Assembly: GCA_000965745.1 (NCBI GenBank)
Contig: CP009479.1
Coordinates: 1,024,001 to 1,088,000 of the forward strand
DNA from: an uncultured archaeon
Lineage (GTDB): Archaea; Thermoplasmatota; Thermoplasmata; Thermoplasmatales; Thermoplasmataceae
DNA length: 64,000 bases
Reading direction: 5' to 3'
This document shows positions 39,873-49,944 of the stretch, one piece after another (the stretch's first letter is position 1; each line of letters starts with the position of its first letter). Position numbers and translations under genes: made by a program. Under the pieces are notes generated by a model. It did no database searches, was not told where the DNA came from, and was given only the letters and a program-made list of their open reading frames with translations.

Positions 39873-40427
39873 ATGAACAACAGGAAGAAAGTTGCCATAT
39901 TCATGGCACTCGCGATCGTTGCCGGTTTTTCGTCCTTTGAATTCTACACTTCACCTTCTGTCACAGGGGAAGTATGGAAACAGAACCTTGAAAATTATGA
40001 CTTGCTTTCAGCAACCAACACCTCCACGGAAGTGAACCTGACCCAATCAAACCAGGAGATCACGGCCGGATTTTACGTTGATGCAAAGAAGGCCCCATGG
40101 AATGAGAACGACTCGTTCTATATGACAATCTACGTGGTCAAGTTCAACCAGAGCGTTTCATTTCCATATACTGACGCAACAGCTGTGGTTGGCAATGTAA
40201 GTGTGCAGGCAAACGGCACGGTTGAAAAAGTACATGACGCGGGAGTCGGAATCAGGCAGGTCCGGAATTCTTCAGTTATTGCACATTATTTTCTGGTCGA
40301 ACCTCAAAAAACGACTGGCCCGGCGGGCGTTACAGTCTCCTTTGACATACACAGCGTCTTATTCTCTGGCATTTATTATTTCCCAGGTCCGGCAAAACAT
40401 GTCAGCGAGAGTTTCCACCTTTCATGA
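39873..40427 (+). CDS. membrane-anchored/secreted beta-rich hypothetical protein
   Basis: NNRKK followed by a hydrophobic segment; 7 N-x-S/T sequons. Confidence 0.75.
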   Translation: MNNRKKVAIFMALAIVAGFSSFEFYTSPSVTGEVWKQNLENYDLLSATNTSTEVNLTQSNQEITAGFYVDAKKAPWNENDSFYMTIYVVKFNQSVSFPYTDATAVVGNVSVQANGTVEKVHDAGVGIRQVRNSSVIAHYFLVEPQKTTGPAGVTVSFDIHSVLFSGIYYFPGPAKHVSESFHLS

Positions 40428-40484
40428 AACAGGCTCTTAGGAGCATAAAATATTAACTAACCCGGTCTATGCTACAACAGGGGT

Positions 40485-41381
40485 ATGAAACCTTTAATAA
40501 AGTGGGCCGGAGGCAAAAGGCAGATTCTGCCGAAAATTGTGGATTTACTTCCTGAACAGTGGAACCGTTATTTCGAGCCATTTGCAGGAGGCCTTGCTCT
40601 TCTGGTTGAACTTCACAATACCGGGAAGCTAGGAAGCGCTGTAATATCCGAAACCAACCCGGAGCTCTACAATCTATACATGACCGTGAAGGAGAACCCG
40701 CTCGGCCTTTCAGAAACTATCGAAAGACTTGATTTCAGGAACGACGAGCATTTTTACTACAGCACAAGAGTAATGTTCAACAGACTAATCGGTTCTGAAG
40801 ATCATACTTTGGAGAGAGCTGCACTCTTCCTCTATTTCAACAGGCACGGGTATAACGGCCTCTGGAGGGTTAACAGGAAAGGAAAATTCAATGTGCCTTT
40901 CGGAAGATATTCGAGTCCCAAGATTCCAGTATCGCATGATATTCAGGAATTCAGTAAACTGCTGAAAAATGTCAGGATTCTCAGGGAAGACTTTCAATCA
41001 GCCATAGAGGATGTCGAGGTTGACGATATGGTTTATTTTGATCCTCCATATTTTCCTGTATCACGGACCTCAAACTTCACTGACTACACTGAATCCGGAT
41101 TTGGGCTTTCCGACCAGATTAGGCTTCTTAAGACCTGTCAAGCATTGGAACGGGAAGGAAAAAGATTCCTGTTGAGCAATTCTTGTTCTGATAAGATTGT
41201 CGAACTATTCGGAGAATTCAATATCATGAAGATCAGGGCCAGAAGGAGCATAAATAGCAACTCCCTCAGGAGAAGCGGACACTTCGAACTCATCATCTCT
41301 AATTTAAACCTGGAAAATAAAGCACAAGAGCCGGCTATGACAAACACAGCAGTAGAAAAGACACGCAACTCAACAGCCTGA
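40485..41381 (+). CDS. dam: Dam-family (D12 class) DNA adenine methyltransferase
   Basis: IKWAGGK, FEPFAGG, YNGLWRVNRKGKFNVPFG, DPPY. Confidence 0.93.
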   Translation: MKPLIKWAGGKRQILPKIVDLLPEQWNRYFEPFAGGLALLVELHNTGKLGSAVISETNPELYNLYMTVKENPLGLSETIERLDFRNDEHFYYSTRVMFNRLIGSEDHTLERAALFLYFNRHGYNGLWRVNRKGKFNVPFGRYSSPKIPVSHDIQEFSKLLKNVRILREDFQSAIEDVEVDDMVYFDPPYFPVSRTSNFTDYTESGFGLSDQIRLLKTCQALEREGKRFLLSNSCSDKIVELFGEFNIMKIRARRSINSNSLRRSGHFELIISNLNLENKAQEPAMTNTAVEKTRNSTA

Positions 41382-41979
41382 GGGACAAACAGGAAGTGTG
41401 CCCGGTGATTTTGAGGCGCTTCTTCATTGCCTACTCCCGTCCAGGATCTGATAGGAGGAAAAACTTTCTATACTTCTTCAGGAGATCCAGACTCTTCCAG
41501 AAGTTACCAGTGAGAATCTCCCTGCAGTCATTCGTCCTGCATATGCATCTGAATTCCCATGGTTCATGGCCATTCTGATTAAGATATATCTTAGTATTGT
41601 AATGAGTCGGTCATGTGCAAAATCACTGTAAGGTTATAATGGTAAAAATATTGGTACACTGGTGAACAGGCCAAACTATGGTGATGTGATCATTCGATAT
41701 AGGGAAAAGAGGCACAAGGTTGAGTACTAAAACGATCACTGGATGATGATAGGCGGAATGAATGTAGGATCACACTGCAACATTGATATGGGAGAAGGAG
41801 TCAAAAAGAAGAAATTTATGTTGACACATAGGTAAAAAGCGACCTTGTAGCCTTCTGCCGGATCTTCTGATCCTTTGCCGAACCGTCTCAAGCAACCGAG
41901 GAGCGATGAGATTTCACGATTTTTCAGGAAACTTTGAGATAGGTAAATGAAAATAGCCCAAATTTGCACAATCAAGTAA

Positions 41980-42059
41980 CGCCGGGGGAGAGATTCGAAC
42001 TCCCGATCCACAAGGGAACCAGATCTCAAGTCTGGCGCGTACCACTGGGCCACCCCGGC
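41980..42059 (-). tRNA. tRNA-Ser(TGA)
   Basis: Reverse complement GCCGGGG...CCAGA-CT-TGA-GA-TCTGG...GTTCGAATC...CCCCGGCG; D arm is imperfect. Confidence 0.92.
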
Positions 42060-42080
42060 ACCAAAAAAATTGGAAAGAGA

Positions 42081-42677
42081 TTACCTTCTCAGTCTTCCGT
42101 TAGCTCTGATTGAAGGCCTGCTCTTCGAGCTTCCGGTTCTACCAGTCCCGAGGCCTCTTCCCTTGTATCCTGCAGAGGTCAGGCCTCTGTAGACTCTTCC
42201 GGTGTTTTGTGGTTCAGCGATCCAGGATATGTGCCTGTCTTTGTAGATAGTCGGCTGGTTCTTATCAACAAGGATAACCTCGTAATATTTGTAGCCACCA
42301 TCCTCGCCCACATAGTATGAATTCAAAACTTCCATGTTAGGGTATTTGTCTGCAACCCTTTCCTCAGCAATCCGCTGAATGCTCTTTTTGGGAGTAAGTT
42401 TGTTGTAAGCCATTCTTCTGGGCCTTCTTCCACCCATGATCTTTTGCCTGTTCCGGCCTCCTCTCCTAACTCTTGCCCTTACTATAGCGTATCCCACCTT
42501 TCTCTTGTAGCCAAGGGATCTCGCCCTGTCCACTCTGGTTGGATACTCAACTCTCTCAGTAGCAGAACCTTTTCTCCATTCGATCATTCTCTGTTTCTGG
42601 ATGTTGTAAGATTCGGCCTTCTTTAATTTCTTCCAGGCATCCCGAACTAAACTGTAAGTACTTGAAACTTCAGACAT
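42081..42677 (-). CDS. rpl15e: 50S ribosomal protein eL15
   Basis: [35 protein letters not shown]. Confidence 0.97.
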   Translation of the reverse strand: MSEVSSTYSLVRDAWKKLKKAESYNIQKQRMIEWRKGSATERVEYPTRVDRARSLGYKRKVGYAIVRARVRRGGRNRQKIMGGRRPRRMAYNKLTPKKSIQRIAEERVADKYPNMEVLNSYYVGEDGGYKYYEVILVDKNQPTIYKDRHISWIAEPQNTGRVYRGLTSAGYKGRGLGTGRTGSSKSRPSIRANGRLRR

Positions 42678-42818
42678 TATTATCCGCCTTCAATAGTGAC
42701 AATTAAGGTGTAGCCCACCTAAATATAAATACCTTCTTAGATGGGGAATTCCTATTTCAGCTTATAGTTTGCATGCCGTTAAATTTCCCTCAATCTGAAC
42801 CATGACTGGAATGTCATA
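42678..42818 (-). promoter_or_regulatory. structured 5' leader of rpl15e (candidate eL15 ribosomal leader)
   Basis: Minus strand: CCCATCTAAG/TTTAGGTGGG 10-bp stem, TTCAG/CTGAA, TGACA/TGTCA closing stem; TATA-like TTTATTTA at about 42831-42838. Confidence 0.55.
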
Positions 42819-42862
42819 TTATGCGATAGATAAATAAAATAGGACTGGTTAAAGGTGACACC

Positions 42863-43156
42863 TTGAAATCGTCCTCCTACAGGAAGAGATACATTCTGGT
42901 GTATTCTGACAACCTCCAATCCAGGATCAAGCACATAGATTCAGATCTATACAGGGTATTCAGGGCCAGAAGGAAATATATCAGGGGGAACTATGCCATT
43001 TTCAGGACTAACCAGTATTACAGGGATCAGTTCATAGAGTATGTGAAAAATGAGATGCCAGGCGTTGAAACGATAACAACGAGCGGTTCTATGAAAAAGT
43101 GCAAGGAAGCAATAGCAGCGAGGAAGGATACACAGATTATTGGAGCCAATCTCTGA
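42863..43156 (+). CDS. RNase P protein Pop5 (Rpp14/Pop5 family)
   Basis: RKRYI near the N terminus, TSGSMKKCK near the C terminus; next to rpl15e. Confidence 0.8.
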   Translation: MKSSSYRKRYILVYSDNLQSRIKHIDSDLYRVFRARRKYIRGNYAIFRTNQYYRDQFIEYVKNEMPGVETITTSGSMKKCKEAIAARKDTQIIGANL

Positions 43157-43157
43157 C

Positions 43158-44450
43158 TCATTTCCCGGATTTTTTCAGCCTTGCAACCTCTTTATCTGAA
43201 AGCTGCAGCATTTTCTCGATACCCTCGAGGAACTTCTTGTCCCTGGTGGCGAGATAGGAGTAGAACCAGAAATAATCCCTTGTCTTTCTCTTGCTGGTAT
43301 GGGCGGCAACGCTAAGTTTCATCAGAAGCTGTTCCCTGCTTCTTCTAGCCTCCCGCATTCTTGACATGGATTTGATTATCTCTGGAAATTTGTATTTCAC
43401 ATAATGCTCGTTTTTCTCTTTGATCATTACAGAGACCCCTGCAGACATCTCTTCTGCATACATCTTGAACGCGTAATGCTGTTTCTTAAACACTCTGCCG
43501 ACAAGCCGATCGGCCCTGGACAGAACCTCGTACGCATCCATGAGGTCTTTTGGTTCCTGCGCCTCATCCGGTAGGTTCTGGTCAATCCACATCATGTAGT
43601 CCTCAGTTGTGAAATCCTTGTCGTAAAGGGTTCTAAGCACCTTGTTGTAGTCCTGTGACTTGAACGTGGTTGATATGGCTTTGTAAATATTCTGTGCAGA
43701 GTCTCTGTATCCGACATCTGCCTGGGATGAAGCCCCGCCCTGGCCATAGTCCCTAATTGACTCTATGTCATTCAGGATACCCCTTATGTCGTTCTCATTC
43801 CGTTCAACAATATCCATTATCTGGCTCTGGCCAATTTTAATGCCTTCTTCCCGCAGTATCTGGTTTATTCGGGCGAGAAGTTTCATCCTGAACTGTTTGT
43901 AATCTGTGTCGTTTCTTCTCTTGTACTGCAGGAATTCAATGTTCAGCGCTTCGTTTATGATCTCTGATGCACTTGATTTCCTCCTGAACTCGTAGTACTC
44001 GTTCATGGTCAGGACTATTGGGTTCCTGGTGGACTTTATGATCTTCGCAAGTTCACTTATTCCGCCGGTATCACCCCCGGATTGCCTGCTTCTTCCCTCA
44101 AAGATGTTGTCTGCCTCATCAATCAGAACAATCTTGTTTGGCCCTGACCTATTTTCGCCAATCGTGGTAAGATCGCCGTAAATGGAAGCCATTAGTGCAA
44201 TCCTCTTCATGCTGTCCCTGTTTCTCAGGTCGGACGCATTCATTTCCACGACGGGCCATCCGAGCTCGTTCGCAATTACATGCACGGTGGTTGTCTTTCC
44301 AACACCCGGTGGCCCATAAAGTATCATGGCCTTTTTCACAGGTGTGCCCTCTTTCCAGAGATCGATCCATTTGCTAATCTGGTCAAGTATGCTATCCGAA
44401 ACAATAAGATCCGCAATCTTCTTTGGCCTGTACTTCTCTACCCATACCAT
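43158..44450 (-). CDS. rfcL: replication factor C large subunit
   Basis: WVEKYRP, GPPGVGKTT, EMNASD, IDEAD. Confidence 0.95.
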   Translation of the reverse strand: MVWVEKYRPKKIADLIVSDSILDQISKWIDLWKEGTPVKKAMILYGPPGVGKTTTVHVIANELGWPVVEMNASDLRNRDSMKRIALMASIYGDLTTIGENRSGPNKIVLIDEADNIFEGRSRQSGGDTGGISELAKIIKSTRNPIVLTMNEYYEFRRKSSASEIINEALNIEFLQYKRRNDTDYKQFRMKLLARINQILREEGIKIGQSQIMDIVERNENDIRGILNDIESIRDYGQGGASSQADVGYRDSAQNIYKAISTTFKSQDYNKVLRTLYDKDFTTEDYMMWIDQNLPDEAQEPKDLMDAYEVLSRADRLVGRVFKKQHYAFKMYAEEMSAGVSVMIKEKNEHYVKYKFPEIIKSMSRMREARRSREQLLMKLSVAAHTSKRKTRDYFWFYSYLATRDKKFLEGIEKMLQLSDKEVARLKKSGK

Positions 44451-44456
44451 ATTAAT

Positions 44457-44786
44457 TCAGGAAATCCTCATTCCGGCTGGAGATTCTCTATCGGTTGTTA
44501 CAAGTGTGAGAAAATCATCCCTCTCTGCCGCTAGAAGCATACCTTCACTTTCAAGGCCCATGATTTTGGCTTTCTTCAGATTGGCAACTACAATCAGAGT
44601 TTTGCCTATTAGTTCATCCGGGTCGTAATAATCGGATATGCTTGATATAATCTGTCTCCTTTCATCGCCTGTGTCAACAACTATTCTCAGCAGTCTCCTT
44701 GACTTTTCAACCTTTTCGCATTCAATGACCTTTGCAGTCTTGAGTTCTATTTTACCGAAATCATCGATTGTTATCTCGTCGACCAT
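44457..44786 (-). CDS. stand-alone tRNA-binding OB-fold protein (Trbp111/MetRS C-terminal)
   Basis: ITIDDFGKIELK, RQIISSI, NLKKAKIMGLESEGMLL. ATG at 44786. Confidence 0.9.
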   Translation of the reverse strand: MVDEITIDDFGKIELKTAKVIECEKVEKSRRLLRIVVDTGDERRQIISSISDYYDPDELIGKTLIVVANLKKAKIMGLESEGMLLAAERDDFLTLVTTDRESPAGMRIS

Positions 44787-45179
44787 TGGCACCAGTTTTG
44801 TGCATATGTGGTGATGGATATTATAATTTTCATTTTGTGGATTCTTGATGCACAGGCCAACCGACCGAACAATCTCGAACATGCCAAAACTCCGGCTGGT
44901 TCCGAGAGGCAAGTTAAATCGGTGTTCGCTGAATCGGAGGGATGAGTATTTTAAATCCTCAATATTAAGGAAACAGAGAAAGAGACGCAGGCGAATTGTC
45001 GCCTCTTCTGCCTGCTCTTATCACGGGTCAGAAAATATTTCTTCAGCCAGGGCTGAAACTAACTTACTCCACAGATTCAGATCAACAGCCGACTCAGGCA
45101 GAAACTGTTTGGAGCATTAAGTTCAGATGCTGTATTAAGTACCATAATATTTATCCTACTTGACTATCATTCGGTAACA

Positions 45180-46706
45180 TTGTTCGCACAGAAATCTCCT
45201 CTAATAGTTACTCAGAACGTGATCAACACTGTAGTCGGATACATCGGCCTGTTCTTCATTACTAGATTTCTGTCACCGGACGTTTTTGGTTTTCTCGCAT
45301 TTGTGATGGGCTTCGGCGGTGTGTTTTCATTCATAGCCGATATGGGCTTTTCAGCAGCCCATCAGAAGCATTTGTCCGAAGGGAAGGACATAGGAATATG
45401 CAACGGGACATATCTTGCTGTCAAGATCGTCCTCGGATTCGTCTACGTGGGAGTAGTCTTCGGGGCGCTATTTGTGTGGACCTCAGTCCTTCACAACGGA
45501 TTTGAGAATCCCGTGGAATTCTGGATGATTATTGCAATTACCCCGTACTATTTCTTCCAGAGCCTTCTAGGGTTTGCACAGGCATATTTCACCGCAAAAC
45601 TCTCGCCAGCAAGAATGGCGATTCCATCCATTGCCGAAGCGATCATACGAAACTCTATCTTCATAGGCCTTGGCCTGATATTCTATCTTCACCTTTCCTA
45701 CGGCAATGAGATACATGCTGCAATTCTGCTGGCCGCTACCTACAGTTTCTCCTATTCAATCTACTTCGTTCTTGGAGTGGTTCTTGGTCGGCCATGGGTC
45801 ATCTCGAGGCCCACACGAAGAATGTTCAACCTTTACGCAGCTATTGCGATTCCGCTGGCGGTCTCGGGAAGCCTGGGTGTAATCAATGGGAATGTTGACA
45901 AAGTAATCATACAGTATTACTGGCACGCAGTCGCGACAGGTGCCTTCTATCTGGACCAGAAGATAGTCCAGAGCATGACCGCGCTAGCAGCGGCCATCAC
46001 GGTATTCTTCCTCCCTCTGCTCTCAAGGATAACAAAAGCTGAACAGGCGGAGGAGTTCACCAGTTCCATCAGCCAGTTCGAGAGGATGACATCGCTCTTC
46101 GTTTTGCCATTCATAGTGATATTTATCGCGCTGAACAGATTCATTGTAAACCTGTTTAACGCTGCGTATGTTGAGTATTCCGTGATCCTGTCTGTTCTTG
46201 CTTTGAACGTGTACTTCAACGTGACGCTCATGCCTTATGCATCTGCACTCACTGCCAGGGGAAGAACGAGAATAATAGCGGCAGTTTCAGGCATACGGGT
46301 GTCTCTCAACATAGCCCTTAACCTGATTCTGGTACCTCCCATCATATTTGGCATAACTTTCCTGTCTCTGGGCGTAGTTGGCGCAGCTGTCAGCTCACTC
46401 ACTGCGACCATTGTAAACAATATTTTCTTCAGGTATATCCTCCTGAAAGGCGAGGGCGCGAAAGCGAGCGCAGGAATTCTGAAACACCTGATACCAGTGG
46501 GGGCACAATTCCTGTCGATCTACATAATGCTGATGTTCTTCACGCCATATCCAATATTCGTTCTTGCACCATTCGCCGTGGTTTCCCTGCTTGTCTACCT
46601 TGGAGTAGCGATCGCAATTAAGGAAATATCATTCAGCCAGGTCTGGACATTTGCCATGTCCCTGAACCCGCTGGTGATGCTGAAACAACTGAGGGAAGAA
46701 AGATAG
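45180..46706 (+). CDS. oligosaccharide flippase (Wzx/MOP family)
   Basis: About 13-14 TM segments; TRFLSPDVFG, DMG, VDKVII patterns. Confidence 0.85.
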   Translation: MFAQKSPLIVTQNVINTVVGYIGLFFITRFLSPDVFGFLAFVMGFGGVFSFIADMGFSAAHQKHLSEGKDIGICNGTYLAVKIVLGFVYVGVVFGALFVWTSVLHNGFENPVEFWMIIAITPYYFFQSLLGFAQAYFTAKLSPARMAIPSIAEAIIRNSIFIGLGLIFYLHLSYGNEIHAAILLAATYSFSYSIYFVLGVVLGRPWVISRPTRRMFNLYAAIAIPLAVSGSLGVINGNVDKVIIQYYWHAVATGAFYLDQKIVQSMTALAAAITVFFLPLLSRITKAEQAEEFTSSISQFERMTSLFVLPFIVIFIALNRFIVNLFNAAYVEYSVILSVLALNVYFNVTLMPYASALTARGRTRIIAAVSGIRVSLNIALNLILVPPIIFGITFLSLGVVGAAVSSLTATIVNNIFFRYILLKGEGAKASAGILKHLIPVGAQFLSIYIMLMFFTPYPIFVLAPFAVVSLLVYLGVAIAIKEISFSQVWTFAMSLNPLVMLKQLREER

Positions 46707-47903
46707 TTACTGCTTCAGGAAATCTTTGCCAAGCGTTTCACGGGCGATTATGTGCTTCATTATCTCCCTGGAACCCTCTGCTAGATAGAAAGATCTTATG
46801 CCCCTGAGAGCCCATTCCTCCGGGCAGTCCTTTGAGTACCCGAAGGCACCCTGCCACTGAAGTGCATCATTTATTGCCTCAAAGGCCCAGGTTGTTGAAA
46901 GAAGCTTAGCCTCTGCCATTTTCTTGCTGACCTCGAATCTGGTAAATCTTCCATGTTTCTGTTCCTGATCATAGGTCCACAGGGCCTGATACCCAAGGCC
47001 TCTCGCAGCATCTATCTTAGCCACGTTGTCAGCAAGCTGGAACTGGAGGCCCTGGTTTTTACCAATGGGCTGCCCGAATGCCTTTCTTGTCTTCATGTAA
47101 TTGACTCCGTTCTCGATAGACTTGGCAGCCGCACCAGCTGCTATGACGGAGATGAGACCCCTAGCCAGCTCAAAACCTTCGTGAACAAGCTTGAACCCTT
47201 TATTCTCTTCCCCGAGCATGTACTTCTTTTCAAGCTCTATGTCGTGAAACCGGAATGCTCCCCATGAAGAACCTTCTCTTCCCATTTCCTCGAGATAGGT
47301 TATGTCGAATTTGCCCTCAATATACGGCATATAGAAAAGAGAAACACCGGATGTCCCCCTGTTCATATCAGTTTTTGCGACTGTTACGTAACCCCCGCTC
47401 CTTTCCTTTATGTCCCTCACAAGGCTGACAAAGGATTTTTCTCCGTGAAGGACGTATTTATCGCCATTCCTGTCAGCCCTGCTTGTCATTGAGCCTATAT
47501 CGGAACCAAAATTGGGCTCTGTCGAGGCGATCCCCATCAGCGACTCTCCCTTTGCGACCTTTGGGAGGACCTCTTCCTTGAGCTCTTCTGAACCGTACTT
47601 GCTCACAAGGTATGACCATGCGTTATCAACAAGAAACAGTACTGGTATGGACACTGTCGGATCAGCCATTGCAATCTCTTCTGCAACTATTCCGGTGGTC
47701 ACGGCATCCGCACCCATTCCGCCATACTCCTCAGGAACAGTCATTCCAAGCAGATTCATTCTGGAAAGGCCCTTAAAGACGGAATCAGGGATCTTTCTTA
47801 TCTTGAACATTTCTTTGATTACTGGTGATATCTCCTTCTGGGCGAATTCTTTGACTGAACTTCTTAAAATATCCTGCTCCTCTGTGAAGGTATAATCGAG
47901 CAT
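46707..47903 (-). CDS. acyl-CoA dehydrogenase
   Basis: TEPNFGSD, GEKSF, RKAFGQPI, GAFGY, EGSREIM. Confidence 0.94.
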   Translation of the reverse strand: MLDYTFTEEQDILRSSVKEFAQKEISPVIKEMFKIRKIPDSVFKGLSRMNLLGMTVPEEYGGMGADAVTTGIVAEEIAMADPTVSIPVLFLVDNAWSYLVSKYGSEELKEEVLPKVAKGESLMGIASTEPNFGSDIGSMTSRADRNGDKYVLHGEKSFVSLVRDIKERSGGYVTVAKTDMNRGTSGVSLFYMPYIEGKFDITYLEEMGREGSSWGAFRFHDIELEKKYMLGEENKGFKLVHEGFELARGLISVIAAGAAAKSIENGVNYMKTRKAFGQPIGKNQGLQFQLADNVAKIDAARGLGYQALWTYDQEQKHGRFTRFEVSKKMAEAKLLSTTWAFEAINDALQWQGAFGYSKDCPEEWALRGIRSFYLAEGSREIMKHIIARETLGKDFLKQ

Positions 47904-48006
47904 GAAATCATGAGGCTTTGGAAATTTAATATTGTTTACATCTGGACAAAATTATGCACATTGCCATCCCCTGTAATATTTTTATACTTCTCAGTGTTGA
48001 TTTTCT

Positions 48007-48870
48007 ATGGGCCGGCGAATGCTCATTGCGATAGTAATTGCAGTTGCCTTCATCATGGTGGTGAGCATCAGCCCAATTAGATACGTCATACATGAAGACA
48101 AGTATTTTTTGGATAAACTGCCTGTACAGAATCTCAGCGACTACAATTTTCCTGCAGGTTCCCGCAATTTGTCATGGTACGAACCTCCGAATCTGACCCT
48201 TAGGGGGGCTGATCAGGTGGTCAGTGCTATGTTGAACCTTTCTCCTTCTGAATCAGGGGGCAGTATAAAGGTAACAACAGGGTACTGGGCGTTCTACAAT
48301 AAGAGTACAAATCTTGTGATCAACGTTGTCGAAGAGACAATGAGCACCAAAGGAGGAATCTATGTTGCTTCTGGTATTATGCCGGGCCTGGTACCAGATT
48401 ATAGGCCCCAATACAAATACAGCTCAAAAATATCCATAGCACTTCCAGGCAACAGTTCAGAAACCAGCGTGTATTACAACCCGGATAATACGATCACTGG
48501 AAGTGTCCCATCACACTGGTACTTTGGGTATGGGAACACAAGCAGGCTGCCTTTCGGGTACCCTGAATATGGGGAGGGAAATTCTTCCTCTGGGCAGATG
48601 CTGTCAACGGGAATGAATATGTCTTATTTCACCTTGAATACCGTGAGTGAAACTGTTCTGAAAGGGACGTGGGAATTCTATGATATGAACTATCAGCACT
48701 CTCTGGAAATGCACTCTGTTTCCTATATAGTCTCAACCGCGTTTACACCTGTTAAGGGAGTGAACTATGTTGGCCTGAACGTTTCCAACTTGTTTGCGCA
48801 GTCACAGGGATTCGTTCATCACTATTATGTCGTGCAGGAGTCCTATTCTATCCCAGTCTATCTGAGTTGA
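48007..48870 (+). CDS. membrane-anchored surface (glyco)protein, hypothetical
   Basis: MGRR followed by a hydrophobic anchor; S/T/Y/N-rich; 10 N-x-S/T sequons. Confidence 0.78.
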   Translation: MGRRMLIAIVIAVAFIMVVSISPIRYVIHEDKYFLDKLPVQNLSDYNFPAGSRNLSWYEPPNLTLRGADQVVSAMLNLSPSESGGSIKVTTGYWAFYNKSTNLVINVVEETMSTKGGIYVASGIMPGLVPDYRPQYKYSSKISIALPGNSSETSVYYNPDNTITGSVPSHWYFGYGNTSRLPFGYPEYGEGNSSSGQMLSTGMNMSYFTLNTVSETVLKGTWEFYDMNYQHSLEMHSVSYIVSTAFTPVKGVNYVGLNVSNLFAQSQGFVHHYYVVQESYSIPVYLS

Positions 48871-48895
48871 CAGAAAAAAAATTTGCAGAAATCAG

Positions 48896-49852
48896 TCAGT
48901 TTATTCCTTCCGGAACAATCTGGCTGAAGTCTATCTTGGCCTTCGACGGGTCCTTTGAGATAAGCGTGACTCTGCTGTCCCTCCTTTCTGCTGTAAAATC
49001 ATAGCCAAGATTGCTTGCAAGCTGTTTCGAGAAATCAACAACGCTGTCATGAGAAGGCATGTTGTCGATAGAAAGCCTGTATATAGACTGCCCAACGTGA
49101 ACGTAGCCCTTGGATTCAATGAAGTCAGGCTGCGAAACACTGTCCATCTTTGTGTATTCGTCCAGGTATGGCATGTTTATGTCCTTGACGAGTGTGTGCC
49201 TTATGACAGTCCTTGTGTCAAGCGAAGGGAGGAGCTCTAGCGTCTTCCAGAAATTCTCCCACGCGTTCCCGATGGCAGGGTTCAGCAGTTCGTTGAAAAT
49301 CTCTTTGTTCGGGCCTGCAGTGGTCACATATAGCTGTGTCGGAAGCGGGTCAAGTTTTTCCAGAACCATCGGCAGTGTGCCATTTGTCACAAGGAAGGTG
49401 GACATCCCCCTCTTCCTCGCCAGTTCTATGAATTCTCCGAGCCTGGTGTAAAGAGTCGGCTCTCCAGTAAGTGAGATGGCTATGTGCTTGGGGTTGTAGG
49501 CCTCATCCCACATCTCCTTTGACATATTCTGGTTTCCCTTGAAGCCGGAAATTAACTTTCTGTGAGCCTTAATGGATTCCTCGAGGATGAATTCCGGATC
49601 GTCCTCGTCTGAAATGTGCATGCTGTCGAACCCCTGGAACCTCCAGCAGAATGAGCAGTTTTCAGTGCATGAGGTGAGTGCGGGGGTCATCTGTACGCAT
49701 TGGTGTGAACCTATACCGTAAAAAGTCCCTTTGTAACAGCCTTCGCCACCTCTCAGCTTGTCCTTTGTCCAGTGGCAGACCTTGACTCCTGAGTGTTTTC
49801 CTACAAGGCCATAATGCTGTTTTTTGTAAATCTGGACGTAGTTATTTTCCAC
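48896..49852 (-). CDS. taw1: 4-demethylwyosine synthase (radical SAM)
   Basis: HSGVKVCHW, CYK, CTENCSFCWR, SLTGEPT. Confidence 0.95.
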   Translation of the reverse strand: MENNYVQIYKKQHYGLVGKHSGVKVCHWTKDKLRGGEGCYKGTFYGIGSHQCVQMTPALTSCTENCSFCWRFQGFDSMHISDEDDPEFILEESIKAHRKLISGFKGNQNMSKEMWDEAYNPKHIAISLTGEPTLYTRLGEFIELARKRGMSTFLVTNGTLPMVLEKLDPLPTQLYVTTAGPNKEIFNELLNPAIGNAWENFWKTLELLPSLDTRTVIRHTLVKDINMPYLDEYTKMDSVSQPDFIESKGYVHVGQSIYRLSIDNMPSHDSVVDFSKQLASNLGYDFTAERRDSRVTLISKDPSKAKIDFSQIVPEGIN

Positions 49853-49944
49853 AGTTCAAGAAAGTTAGCGATTATATAACCTTAGTGTTAGGATATTCAG
49901 TAAGAATAAAAAAAATTGGAGGTTGGTGTGAGGGTGTGGATGGA

